A stretch of DNA of 64,000 nt from NCBI RefSeq assembly GCF_000143415.4, contig NW_003314365.1, positions 385,181-449,180 on the forward strand. Reading direction: 5' to 3'. Of the stretch, positions 21,478-34,550 are shown in pieces. The notes under the pieces were generated by a model, which worked only from the letters and a program-made list of their open reading frames with translations, was not told the DNA's origin and did no database searches. Origin of the DNA: Selaginella moellendorffii (lineage: Eukaryota; Plantae; Lycopodiophyta). Both the position numbers and the translations under genes were made by a program. Positions within the stretch are counted from its first letter, which is position 1. Each line of letters starts with the position of its first letter.

Positions 21478-23030
21478 AGTAATTGTAAGCCACAAATGTT
21501 TCCTTTCCAATTTGCCAGCTTACCTCGTCTATTTGGCCAACTCTGCCTTGGCTTGTGCTAAGTTCCCTCGCCAAGGTCCTCGCCTATGGTACCAGCTCCT
21601 ACTTGGTCCTACTTGGTTTCAACTACTCACTGCACGAGCAATGAAGTGTTAGCCATCCATCTACGGATTCCCAAATCTCTCCCAATCCCCCTCCCCGGGT
21701 TAGCCTGGACTTAAGGTTCGGCTACACTCCCCGCAGGCACAAGCAGCCAAGCACACCAAGCCTCCAGATTCCTAACACCCCTTGGTACCACAAGACTTGA
21801 TCATAGGACCCTCTAAATCCCAAGCCTTGGGTGCAACACTTGCTTCGGGACGTCGGGGCGAAACACCGTGGCCTAACGGCCCGGTATGGGTACCTCTAAC
21901 CCCCCACTTCCATCCCGAAGGGAAGGCCCAAGCCCCTAGAAAGGGCGAGGACCAATAAGCCACAAGGTACTCAAGTGGGGCACCACTCCACATGAGCTGG
22001 GAGCACCGCAGTCGGTTTCCCTTTCGGGAGTGGGAGCTGCTTTTGAGCACTTCCCTGGGTGGCCCCTCGGGCACCACTCAAGCCCATGCTCACTCCCACC
22101 CAAGGCCCCTTGGCCCCAGTCTCAACCTCAAGTTGGTTTGGAAGCCCCACTGGAGAGTTCCTTCAAGACTGGTTCCTAGACCTCACTATCCCTACTATAC
22201 TTTTGGAACCCCCTGTAGCCCCCCCCCCCGGGAGACACACGCTTTGGGCTTTCACCCCTTGAGCTGTATTAGTATGTGGACTTAGTCTCAGAATCAATCT
22301 CGGACTCGATCTCAGACCCAACTTGGGACTCGGTCTCGGACTCGATCTCGGACCCGATCTCGGACTCGACTTCGGACTCGACCTCAGACTCGATCTCGGA
22401 CCCGATTTGGATCTCGGACTCCGTCTCGAACTCGGTCTTGAACTTGGTCTCGATCTCGGTCTCCGATTTGGCCTCGGCTCAATCCCGGACTCTATCTCGA
22501 ACTCGGTCTCAGAGTCGGTCTTGGACTCGATCTTCGACTCGGTCCCATCCGATGAACTCTTTGTCATTTTGGTCAAGCTTTCGGGGATCCATTAGCCTAC
22601 GGCATCTCAGGGAGTCGGTTCCTTACAACTCCACCACCCATAGAAGAAGTTCGATGCCCACATCGAACGTCTCTTTTTATCCTACGACTTGTTAACCATG
22701 TCTTCGGGGACATCCCCCCACTTAGCGGTGTGCCTAAGTTAGCTTCCCCGGCCAAGAGCCCATGACAACAAAATATAGGTGTCCCTATACCCCTCACCTC
22801 ACCATGCCCTAGTATAGGGTCGGGACTTGAACCCAGCCTTGCTTTACTAGGGGGTTGGGACTCGAACCCAACCTCCGTAGAATACGTCTACGGATTCGAC
22901 ATCCCTACGGGGAGTCAGGCGTAGTGCCCTACACCTGGTCGACCTAGCTAACCCATGCTAATTAGCTTACCTTCAGCGTGCCTTTGGGTCCCAACACATG
23001 CCTCTTGCTCAACTTTGCAAATTCATATTT

Positions 23031-23888
23031 TTAATTGAACTTTGCAAAAGTACATAGAGTTCTGCCTTGCAGAAATTCCTCCACTAGATCTCGCGCGTTC
23101 GCTAGGTTCTCCTCCGGTTCCCATATTGCTTCGCAGTGTGGAAATCCTTTCCACTTCACATGGAACTCTCTCACCTCGCATCCTTGTCGCTTGCTCTTGC
23201 GCGCATTGAGGATGGCTTCGACTTCGTATTTCTCTTCCCCTTGGATAACCTCAGGTAAAGGTCTCACTTGGTCCTTGCGAAGCGGATCCTCAAAGTATGG
23301 CTTGAGTAAGTTCACATGGAACACTGGGTGCATCTTCCCCATCTCTCGAGGAAGTCGGAGTCGGTAAGCCACTTTACCGATTCGTGCCTCAATCTTGTAA
23401 GGCCCCGCGAACCTGCTTAAGGAACTCAAGATCAATTTATTTTCAGGAATACATGCATTTTTACCTTTGGGTCAACTTCCGGCTGATCCCACTTGGTAGC
23501 CTGAGGTTCTTGGTGTTCTACCCATTGATGACTTCCCATGGACTCACCCCGATACTTGAATGTGGTGAGTTGTTATAACACATTTCCGCAAGTCCCAAAT
23601 GACTCACCCAATCGGTCTGGTCTCCCGAGACATAGCATCGCAAGTAATCCTCGTAAGTAATCCGGCAAGTAGTCGCAAGGAATGCCCTCAACTCGTGTAC
23701 ATTCGATGGTCGCTCCCATTCCTGGATCGCTTGGACCTTCTCCGGGTCCACCTTGTGCCCGTCCTGGCCCACCACATGCTCGAGAAACTTTACCTCTTGT
23801 TGAGCAAAGTTACATTTGCTCTCTTTAGCATACAGTTTGTGTTCCCTTAGTTTCTCAAACACCTTCGCCAAGTGTTCGGCATGCTCCT
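23031..23888 (-). pseudogene. RT remnant, integrase remnant and chromodomain of family A
   Basis: EHAEHLAKVFEKLREHKLYAKESKC; AEMCYNNSPHSSIGVSPWE; GPYKI..AYRLRLP..HPVFHV; YEVEAIL..FHVKWKGF..WEPEENL. Confidence 0.9.
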
Positions 23889-26800
23889 TGTTAGCGACTA
23901 ATTTTTCCATTCTACTTTAGTCACTTAACCACACCTTCGACCACTTGGAAGAGTCTCACTCACAACCTCCTTAAGTCCAATTCAGGACTTGGGACTTGCT
24001 AGCCCCGAGAATGGCATCCATGCCACTCATCCCTTGCTCTTAGTCAAGGTGCTCCACGTGTCCGGTCCCAAGACCAACACCCCAAGGTACCACCGACATA
24101 CTAGCCCGTTATGCTAAGGCCATGCCCCTTTACCTTGGTCATACCGATGGTCTAACACCACCTGCATCACAATCCCGTCTCTCAAGGATTGGCCCATCCG
24201 TCCATGAGTGATCATTCCAGAGCCACTTCTTAGCATCCTTAGGATGCCCACAGACGTGGGGAATAGCCTTCCCCAATATCTCTTTTCTGGTCTCCACCAA
24301 GTCCCTTTCTGCCCATGGCCGTGTTCACCCACACTACCACTGGATCGAGGCCCACAGGCCCGACCACTAAGTCCCACGGTCCTCTGGGACTTCCTCACCA
24401 CACGATTGTGTCCTTGGTCACTACTCCAGAGGACTGCTCCTCTTCCTTTCCACAGTCTGGGCCTTTGGGACAACATTTCGGAACACCGTGGCCTTACGCG
24501 AGCCACCTGGGTACTCTCCCCGCCTTCCGCCTTTAGGTGCTCTAGCCATGGGCTTAGAGCGAGGTTCCGTTGAGCCACGCCTGGTATCCAAGTAGGTAGT
24601 GCCACCCACACTTGGACTGGGAGCATCGGCCAGTCGATCTCCCGGGGAACTAGAGCCGGCTCTTGAACACTTCACCAAGCTACCCCGCTTGTCGGTCCGT
24701 ATTCACTCTAGTCTTGGACTTCCCAGTGGTCAGTTCATCACCCAACACTGGGTCTAGCCTTCCTGGGCCAAACTGGCTCCACTGCAGCCCTCCCCCTTAC
24801 TATACTTTTGGAGCTCACCAAACCCCCCAAGGTCTGGGAGACGAACGCTTTGGGCTTTCACCCTCTCAGACTCGAACTCGGACTCGGACTCGGACTCGGA
24901 CTCAGACTCGGGCTTGGTCTCGGCCTCCACCTCGGTCTCGGTCTAGGTTCCGGTCTCGGTCTCAGTCTTGGTTCCGGTCTCGGTCTCGGTCTCGGTCCCG
25001 GTCTCGGTCTCGGTCTCGGTCTTGGTCCTGGTCTCGGTCTCGACCTCAGACTTCATCTCGGGTCCTTCTCGGACTCCATCTCAGATTCCATCTCGGGTCC
25101 ATCTCGGACTCCATCTCGGACTCTGTCTCGGTCCATCTCGGACTCCATCTCGGACTCCATCTTGGACTCCGTCTCGGTCCATCTCAGACTCTGTCTCGGT
25201 CCATCTCGGACTCCATCTCGGACTCCACTTCGGACTCCATCTCGGACTCCACCTCGAACTCCATCTCGGACTCCGTCTCGGTCCATCTCGGACTCCATCT
25301 CATACTCCACTTCGGATTCCATCTCGGACTCCATCTCGGACTCCACCTCGGACACTTCCACGTGTCATGTGTTGGTCCTTTTTGGGTCCCTTTTTTCGAG
25401 CCTCGCTTATTGCTCGCTTCATGCTTGTTCCTCGAGCACTTTGTTGGGAGTTCCACTCCCGCTCTCGACCTTTCAAGTCGGAGCTCTTAGTCCAAACGTG
25501 TTACGCTCGTTTGGCTTTCACTTCGGCCACTACCACGTGGCACCCTTTCCAGCTCCACTTTGGGGCCTAGGGATTTTGTGTCTCATAACTCCACCACCCA
25601 TAGACGAAGTTCGATGTCCTCATCGAACGGTAAACCCTTTTATAAAGTAACACCTGCAGATATTACCATTCCCATCCTTGGCACCCGGCCAATATTTGTC
25701 TATGGTTTGACCCTGAAGGCTCACCATGCCTTGTCCATCCTCTAAGGAGGATAGTCTCTCCAACTTAGAGACTGATTGGACCACTTGTGGTGGTTCTTTC
25801 TGTTTATTGGTTTAGTTCTCGCTAAACTCGTTAGAGACACCGTCTCTATCTCAATCCCACTACTCCATCTTGAATAGTCTCAATTTTCATCGATATAACC
25901 TTTGCAATTTGGAACGTTTACTTTTGACTTCTTGAAGTCAATTTTCCTAGGTGTCTCCAACACCTTGCATTGCACATATTGTGCAACTCCACTTCCCATC
26001 CTAAGAAGTTCCTTACTTGAGGGCACCATCATCCTCTCTTCTATTTTGTGCCACCTTGGGCACTAAGTTCCATTTATCATACTTTGTGCTAGGGCTGTCC
26101 ATGGCCCCATCATTTGGCTACCTTACCGCTCCCTCCCTTGGAGCTTCCACTTTCGCCAAATCGGAGCAATTCGGAATCCATCCTTAGAAACACACTTCCT
26201 TTCCCGCAATTTGTTAGCGTCCAACACATTATTGTTTCTCGCCTAACTTTGTCACTTGGATTCCTTCCAAGGGATTCCACGGCCCTATCTTGGCCACTCA
26301 TCTTTTGCTCCTATCCGTTGATTGTTGCACCAAACAACATCGGATCATTACCTCCATTCTCGAGGTATCCTCTTGATTCCATAGCAAAGACTTTACTTTG
26401 CCAAGTCCAAAGGGTGCTCACCCCTAGTACGTTTCTTTAGCATTTCCTCCTGTGGGCTCTATCCACGGCCCAACTTTTGAGACCCTCCCTTGGATCTTTT
26501 ATAGAGACTACTTTCCTTGGACTCACTATGCCATCGCACGGACATAGTTTATTTCCCTTAGGTGCTCTTCCCACTTGGTCATCATGACCAAGCCACACCA
26601 CCTTAAACAGTTCAATTTCAACATTTTGAACTAGGAACTTCATTCCTTAGCCAACCAAGGACCTTGTCCTTATTTGGCCATATGATCACCTAGTGATCTC
26701 ACCTTGGCACCTTAAAAGAGTTGCCAAGAGGTACTTAGTCTTCTAGACCTTCAAATCGTTGACTATAACCCCGGGGGCATCCCCCACACTTGGTGGTGCA

Positions 26801-29800
26801 CCCAAGCCAGCCCTTACGGCCAAGGGTTCATAGCAACTGAGATTAGGTGTCCCCATCTCACTCACCACGTCCTTGGTGCCACTTGCACCAAAGCATTCAA
26901 GTTAGATATGCCGAGCTTTCACACTAAGCAATCTAACCGTGCATCACGACTCCGAGGCATCCCTCGCTTGGCGGTGTGCCCAAACCAGTCTCCACACTGA
27001 GAGTCCATGACCACCGAAATATGAGTGTCCTCATATTCCAAACCATCACCACGCCCTAGTGATTTGGGACTCGAACCCAAGCACTAGAGGGTCGAGACTC
27101 GAACCCAACCTTCGTATATGCATCTACGGACGGCATCACCCAGGATGCCTGGCGTGACTCCCCACGCCGGTGCACCAACTTATACTCAAAGCGCGCTATA
27201 GATCACAACTTAGGAACCTAGTTCCTCCCCACTGCCAAGTCCTCTCACTTGACAAGCCTGTGATCATGCATGGACTCCTCCATGCTTGGCCCCATAGCCC
27301 ACCCTTTTTGAAGTTATCACCTTCAACTAGGGTATTTGTTCCCCTGACTTGCCAATCTCGCTTTGGCAAGTCCTCCGACCACTGTAACATGGTTCCTGCA
27401 CAAGCGTGAAAGCCCTTCATCATCGACTTTCGTTCAAAGCCCGCCCTCTCTTTGAACACTCGGGAACTACTTCCCTAACCTTGATAGCCTTGCCTCATGG
27501 CAAGCTTCAACACCATGCTTCTGCTGCGCCACTCTGATTTCGCGCATTCCTTGAACCATTTACGCTTGGCCTTTCTAGGTACTAAGCTACCTAGAATCCT
27601 CTTTGGGAACCTTGAAGGAACTCTGTCCCTTAGCTTGCTAAGGCCTCGCTTTTTGCAAGCTTTCCAATTACCATATAGTCTAACATGGACAATTCCATAT
27701 TTTAGACTCTCTATGGCATCACGGTTGCTAGCGGCAACACCCTCGAGCCCCCACTTGATTCTCCACTCCCAGCTGGCATAACCAACCTTGGTTATGCCCT
27801 TCGATTCCTATGGTTCGGTTCTATCCCCTTACTTCTTGCTTTTGGCTTCACACCTTTCCTTCGATCATTCGCTAGGGACTTAGTCCCTTGGGCATTATCT
27901 ACTGCCCTCGCGACATCAAACACCACCTCCTGGTGTTCTAGAGTGTTTGGGTGTCCCAATGACAGCTTCCTTGACAATAAGTATTTCCTTTTATGACATT
28001 GACTTACTATATCGCAACATAAGCAACTTATCCCCCGTAAGGGTATATCCACTTCCCTATGCCATTAAGAAGGCTTGGGTAGCTACCTTCTATCCGTTTA
28101 ACCAATTATTTTGCACCTCTTGCTTAGTTGCCTCGTAGTTGTCAAGTCCTACAACTCATTGCTGGTGCTTCCACACCTCCATCATTAACTAGGTCACCAC
28201 ACTCTAACTGCATGCTCTGCAGCTTAGGCTATGCCATTCCCATTTCTATTGGGATTCCTTTGGCAAGGGGTTCTCATGAACCCACCAACATAGCCTCAAA
28301 ATATCACACCTTGGCACATTTGGTGTCTCCACACCATCAGCTCCACAAGCCTACCTCTTTGACACTTCTTCTTTGTGTCTAAGTCTTTGCCAAGACCAAT
28401 ACCACTCATTCTCATGCCAACCATCCGTTAGCACTGCACCGTAGAGGTCTTACACAACTTTGTGTCAAAGTTGTTTTCTTTTTGGGAACACCCTTCCCAC
28501 GACTTTAGCATGGCACATTTTGCCATCGATGAGATACCCTTTGTTCTCATCCTTGGATCCTATGATCCCCCCCCATCCTTCGTGGGGTACAACACACCTC
28601 AGTCCAAATGCTTCCATCAGTCCTTTTTAGGACCATCTCTTGACTCTACTTGAGTCATCCAGCAGTTTTGGACTTGGTTAATCCACAGACCTGTAAGGTC
28701 CTACTTGTGAGGCACTAGCTCACTGGAATACATTTCTTGCATTCCTGTCCTACTCAAAAGGACTATTTTCACAAGTGTTACTCTGACACTTGATTTTGTT
28801 CTCTGGGGCAACCTTTGCCCCTTAGGACTACTTGTCCATATGATGAGAATACCAACTCATCTCTAAGTACACCCCCCAACTCCTTGGGTTGTTCCAGCAT
28901 TTATTAAAGGTAGCCCCGGCTACCATTTCAAGGACTTGAGTCCTCTTCCGTATTTGACCTCCCACGGTCATTACCTCTTATCTCACATTCATGAGCACCA
29001 ACCTCAACTATATGAGGATAATCTTGTGACTCCTTTATTGTTTTGGAGTCTACATCTTTCCCGTGATCCCAACTATAGTTGTTTATCACAACTACGTTAG
29101 CATGTTTGCTGCGTCAAATGTTCATTTGGATCACATCCTCAGCTCTCTGAGGAGACCTTATACTGTTCCCAAGATCCCAAAGTCGTTCCATTATTGGCCC
29201 TTTTCTATCCACCACGTTCTGCCCACGTTCACGCATGAACTTGAGTGAAGAGCCATGTCCTCTGGACATGCTACTCCTCCAAGATAGGCCCACTCCTAAG
29301 ACCTTCCGATGCCAACATCAATGGTGATATACTTGAGCACCAATAAAAGTCGGACTAAGGAACAGCTTCGATACCAAATTGTAAGCGACTAATTTTTCCA
29401 TTCTACTTTAGTCACTTAACCACACCTCCGACCACTTGGAGGAGTCTCAATCACAACCTCCATAAGTCCAATTCAGGACTTGGGACTTGCTAGCCCCGAG
29501 AATGGCATCCATGCCACTCAACATTTGCACTTGGTCCAAGTGCTCCACGTGTCCGATCCCACGACCGACACTCAAAGGTACCACCGACATGGCAGCCTGT
29601 TACGCTAAGGCCATGCCCAATCACCTTTGCCACACTGGTAGTCCAATACCACTTGCATCACAGTCTTGGCTCTCCAAGACTAGGCAAACCATCCGTGAGT
29701 GGTCATCTCAGATCCACTCCTTAGCATCCTTAGGATGCCCACCGACAAGGGGAATAGCCTTCCCCAATATCCCTCTGTCAGTCCCCACTAAGTCCCTTTC

Positions 29801-31128
29801 TGCCCTTGGCCGTGTTTGCCGACACTGCCACTGGATCGAGGCCCACAGGCCCGACCACTAAGTCCCACGGTCCTCTGGGACTTCCTCACCGCACGACTGT
29901 GTCCTTGGTCACTACCCCAGAGGACTGCTCCTCTTCCTTTTCACAGTCTGGGCCTTTGGGACAACATTTCGAAACACCGTGGCCTTACGCGAGCCACCTG
30001 GGTACTCTCCCCACCTTCTGCCTTTAGGTGCTCTAACCATGGGCTTAGAGCGAGGTTCCGTTGAGCCACGACAGGTATCCAAGTAGGTAGTGCCACCCAC
30101 ACTTGGACTGGGAGCATCGGCCAGTCGATCTCCCGGGGGAACTAGAGCCGGCTCTTGAACACTTCACCAAGCTACCCCGCTTGTCGGTCCATGTTCACTC
30201 TAGTCTTGGACTTCCTAGTGGGCAGCTCATCACCCAACACTGGGTCCGGCCTTCCTGGGCCAAACTGGCCTTTCCTGGCCAAATTGGCTCCACTGCAGTC
30301 CTCCCCTTACTATACTTTTGGAGCTCACCAAACCCCTCAGGGTCTGGGAGACAAACGCTTTGGGCTTTCACCCTCTTAGGCTCGAACTCGGACTCGGACT
30401 CGGACTCGGACTCGGATTCGGACTCGGACTCGAACTCGGCCTCGGCCTCAATCTCGGTCTCGGTCCCGATCTCGGTCTCGGTCTCGGTCCCGGTCTCGGT
30501 CTTGGTCCCGGTCTCGACTTCGGACTCCATCTCGGGTCCATCTCGGACTCCATCTTGGACTCCATCTCGGGTCCATCTCGGACTCCATCTTGGGTCCTTC
30601 TCGGACTCCATCTTGGGTCCACCTTGGGTCCATCTCGGGTCCATCTCAAGTCCATCTCGGACTCCATCTCGGACTCCATCTCTGGTCCTTCTCGGACTCC
30701 ATCTCGGACTCCATCTCGGGTCCATCTCAGACTCCATCTCGGACTCCATTTCAGGTCCATCTCGGGTCCACCTCGGACTCCACCTCGGACTCCATCTCGG
30801 GGTCCTTCTCGGACTCCATCTTGGACTCCATCTCGAACTCCGTCTCGGTCCACCTCGGACTCCATCTCGGGCTCTATCTCGGCTCCATCTCGGACACTTC
30901 CATGTGTCATGTGTTAGTCCTTTTTGGGTCTCCTTTTTGGAGCCTCGCTTATGGCTCGCTTCGTGCTCATTCCTCAAGCACTTTGTTAGGGGTTCCACTC
31001 CCGCTCTTGACCTTTCAAGGCGGAGCTTTTAGTCCAAATGTGTTACGCTCGTTTGGCTTTCGCTTCGGCCACTACCACGTGGTGCCCCTCCGGCTCTACT
31101 TTGGGGCCTAGGGATTTTGTGTCTCACA
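23889..31128 (-). mobile_element. Nested non-autonomous/degenerate LTR retrotransposon (family B)
   Basis: ~1.7-kb LTRs at 23889-25587 and 29380-31128. PBS (gcttcgatacca) beside 29380; PPT beside 25587. The 3.8-kb interior has no long coding ORF. Flanks CTCCT and CTACC do not match. Confidence 0.85.
24866..25352. repeat. CTCGGA/CTCGGT hexamer and CATCTCGGACTC 12-mer arrays inside LTRs
   Basis: Seen directly; similar arrays at 22290-22545, 30380-30895, 34205-34475, 49880-50160 and 54340-54705. Confidence 0.9.
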
Positions 31129-31141
31129 CTACCCTGATCTG

Positions 31142-33339
31142 TTAGTATCCTGACCTTAGGTCAATCCTCGAGAAGTATTTTGCCTTTCCCAACCTATCAA
31201 ACAGGTCCTCAATCCTGGGCAAAGGGTATTTGTTCTTCTTTGTATACTTGTTGAGCAACCGGTAGTCTATGCATATGCACATAGATCCATCTTTCTTTTT
31301 CACAAATAACACCGGCGCCCCATACGGCGACTTGCTCAACCTAACATACCCTTTGTCCACCAACTCGTTTAGTTGGCGCTTGACCTCCTCGAGTTCTTTC
31401 TCGTTCAATCAATAGGGGGGCGAACCACCGCCTCAACACCCTCGACCAGCTCAATCTTATGTTCTATCGGTCGTGTGGGGGGCAACCCCACCGGTAACTC
31501 CTCCGGCATGGTATCCTGGAATTGGTCCAACACCCGTTGGATCACTAAAAGTACTTCTTCCATTCCTGTCTTTTTGTCACTCTTCACCGAGAGTAAGCAC
31601 AAAAATGCTGCCTTAGTTCCTTTAGTGAGTTGTCCTCTCGTGGACACCAGGTTTAAGTAAGATTCTTTGGCCTTGCTTTGCCCTACCCTTAGATCCTGGG
31701 CCTCCACCCTGGATCTTCTTCCTTGGGCATTCGCCAGTACCACAAGGTTTTTACCTTGTCCATGCAGGGCTACCACGAACCGATTGAACCAGTCCATTCC
31801 AAAGATCACGTCAAATCCCGCCATGTCTAACACGGTGAAATCCATGTCCACTTTCCATGTCCCTACTTTGACTCTTGCTTGTCGAAGTACCTCATCGGTG
31901 CTTTGGCTACCTTGAACAAACTCTATAGTCCTTGGTTCGCCTAGCCGCTGCACCATTAGTCCGGCTTGCCAGACTATGTCTGCAGCCACAAAATTATCTG
32001 AAGCACCCGTGTCAATAAGGATCTTAACAAAGCTACCTCTAAGCTTCCCTCGGAGGGCTAGTAGATGTCGCGAACGACTCTATACCAAAGTTGCTCGTGT
32101 AATGAGTAACTTTGAGTTAGGGACTGGATCACATACCTCAGTTTGGACTTCACCCGACTTGATGGCCATATTGGCTCTAGCCTTCTTCGGGTAGGGACAT
32201 TCCCTCGAAAAGTGTCCCGCTTCACCGCAGTTGTAGCATACATTGTTTCCCACGCTGCTATACGACTTGACCTTCTTATCCGTGGGTTTGTCTTTTTTCG
32301 CTTGACTCTCCCACGTACTCGCTCGCTGGCTGGCCACCGGATTTGCCTTTCCGGAACCCCGAGGACTCATTCTTAGAGAAACTCTTCTTGAATTTCCCTC
32401 TGCTAAACGTTCCCCTTGGTTAGGCCCCTTTGCTAAATGTGGATCCCGACCCCGTCGTGTTCCCCTTTCGCAGGTTATCGTTGAAATGCACCTTGATGGC
32501 CGCATCCAACGCTTCCTTGTAATTGGTCGGGTTCCACCGCATCACTTCACCACGAGCCCAGGTTTGCAAACCTGATATGAAGGCATGGAACCCTTCCATA
32601 TCCCCCATGTCCGTGACAAGTATCCTCTTTGCCATAAACCCATTCACATACTCCTGAATGGTTCCGGTCTTCTTCAGCCTACTCAGCTCGTCCCTTAAAT
32701 GCAGAGTAGCATTCGGAGGAACATAAGTTGCGCGGATCCTCACCTTCATCATCTCCCAAGTGGCCACCGGTCCTTCATTGGCCTTTGTCGTTCTCCACCA
32801 AGACTTGGCATTATCTACCAAGTATGGTTTTGCATATGGGACCTTCTCCGAGCTTGGTAACCGCAACGCTCGGAAGTAATCCTCCATATCATAAAACCAA
32901 TCCTCCACCACCTTATAGTCATTCACTCCCTTGAAGACTGGTGGGGGCTTTGGTTTGTACTTGGGAACTGCCTGAGGGACTGATTCCACTTCGGTCTGTT
33001 TGACCTTGTTTGGTTCTGCCTCAGTCCCTACCAAAGGGTCTGCACCTTCTGCGCTGCCAACATCCGCAGTCTTTCGCTTTTTCTTCCACTTCTTGTCACG
33101 CTTTAGTTTCGTATGAGAGTCTCCAGTAGAGCGTTGGTCTGCGCCAATTGTCCTTCTAGAACGTCCAATTGAGCCTTGGACGACCGAACCTCGCCACCGG
33201 ACTCCTGTTTGGAAGTTTCCTCACTGGAGTCCTCCTCATGCATGGATTCCTCATCCATAGCCTCTTGTTCAACCGGAGGCTCCAACTCTGGCGGAGGTTC
33301 TGTCTCCACTTGGGTTCGCTTACGCCCTGCGTTTGCCAT
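31142..33339 (-). pseudogene. gag (zinc knuckle), aspartic protease and RT N-terminus of family A
   Basis: CYNCGEAGHFSREC; LIDTGASDNFV; [31 protein letters not shown]; several frameshifts. Confidence 0.9.
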
Positions 33340-34550
33340 CTTCTAGCAATCCGCCTCTATCCTTCGCTAGAACTGAGGAAAAGGCTCCGATACCAAATTG
33401 TAAGCCACAAATTTTTCCTTTCCAATTTGCCAGCTTACCTCGTCTATCCGGCCAACTCTGCCTTGGTTTGTGCTAAGTTCCCTCGCCAAGGTCCTCGCCA
33501 AGGTACCAACTCCTACTTGGTCCTACTTGGTTTCAGCTACTCACTGCAAGAGCAATGGAGTGTTAGCCATCCATCTACAGATTCCCAAATCTCTCCCAAT
33601 CCCCCTCCCCAGGTTAGACTGGACTTAAGGTTCGGCTACACTCCCCGCAAGCACAAGCAGCCAAGCACACCAAGCCTCCAGATTCCTAACACCCCTTGGT
33701 ACCACAAGACTTGATCATAGGACCCTCTAAATCCCAAGCCTTGGGTGCAACACTTGCTTCGGGACGTCGGGGCGAAACACCGTGGCCTAACGGCCCGGTA
33801 TGGGTACCTCTACCCCCCCACTTCCATCCCGAAGGGAAGGCCCAAGCCCCTAGGAAGGGTGAGGACCAATGAGCCACAAGGTACTCAAGTGGGGCACCAC
33901 TCCACATGAGCCGGGAGCACCGCAGTCGGTTTCCCTTTCGAGAGTGGGAGCTGCTCTTGAGCACTTCCCTGGGTGGCCCCTCGGGCACCACTCAAGCCCA
34001 TGCTCACTCCCACCCAAGGCCCTTGGCCCCAGTCTCAACCTCAAGTCGGTTTGGAAGCCCCACTGGAGAGTTCCTTCAAGACTGGTTCCTGGACCTCACT
34101 CTCCCTATTATACTTTTGGAACCCCCTGCAGCCCCCCCCCCCCCCCTTGGGAGACACATGCTTTGGGCTTTCACCCCTTGAGCTGTATTAGTATGTGGAC
34201 TTAGTCTCAGAATCGATCTCGAACTCGATCTCGGACCCGACTTCGGACTCGGTCTCGGACTCGATCTCGGACTCGATCTCGGACCCGATCTAGGACTCGA
34301 CTTCGGACTCGACCTCGGACTCAGTCTCGGACCCAATTTGGATCTCGGACTCCGTCTCGAACTCGGTCTCGAACTCGGTCTCGATCTCGGTCTCCGATTC
34401 AGCCTCGGCTCGATCCCGTACTCTATCTCGAACTCGGTCTTAGAGTCGGTCTTGGACTCGATCTTCGACTCGGTCCCATCCGATGAACTCTTTGTCTTTT
34501 CGGTCAAGCTTTCGGAGATCCTTTAGTCTACAGCATCTCGGTTCCTTACA

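Larger units (their letters stand above)
21484..34550 (-). mobile_element. Ty3/gypsy chromovirus LTR retrotransposon (family A), internally deleted, with a nested element
   Basis: TG..CA LTRs at 21484-22627 and 33399-34550. tRNA-Met PBS (TGGTATCGGAGC on the minus strand) beside 33399; PPT beside 22627. Order gag-PR-RT-IN-chromo. Flanks GTAAT and ATTAT do not form a TSD. Confidence 0.9.

Noticed and set aside
24663-25650. Long Ser/Arg/Gly-Leu-rich ORFs (also 22163-22695, 30103-31111, 34076-34526, 54251-54625)
   Set aside because: Artefacts of stop-free hexamer repeats in LTRs; open in several frames on both strands.
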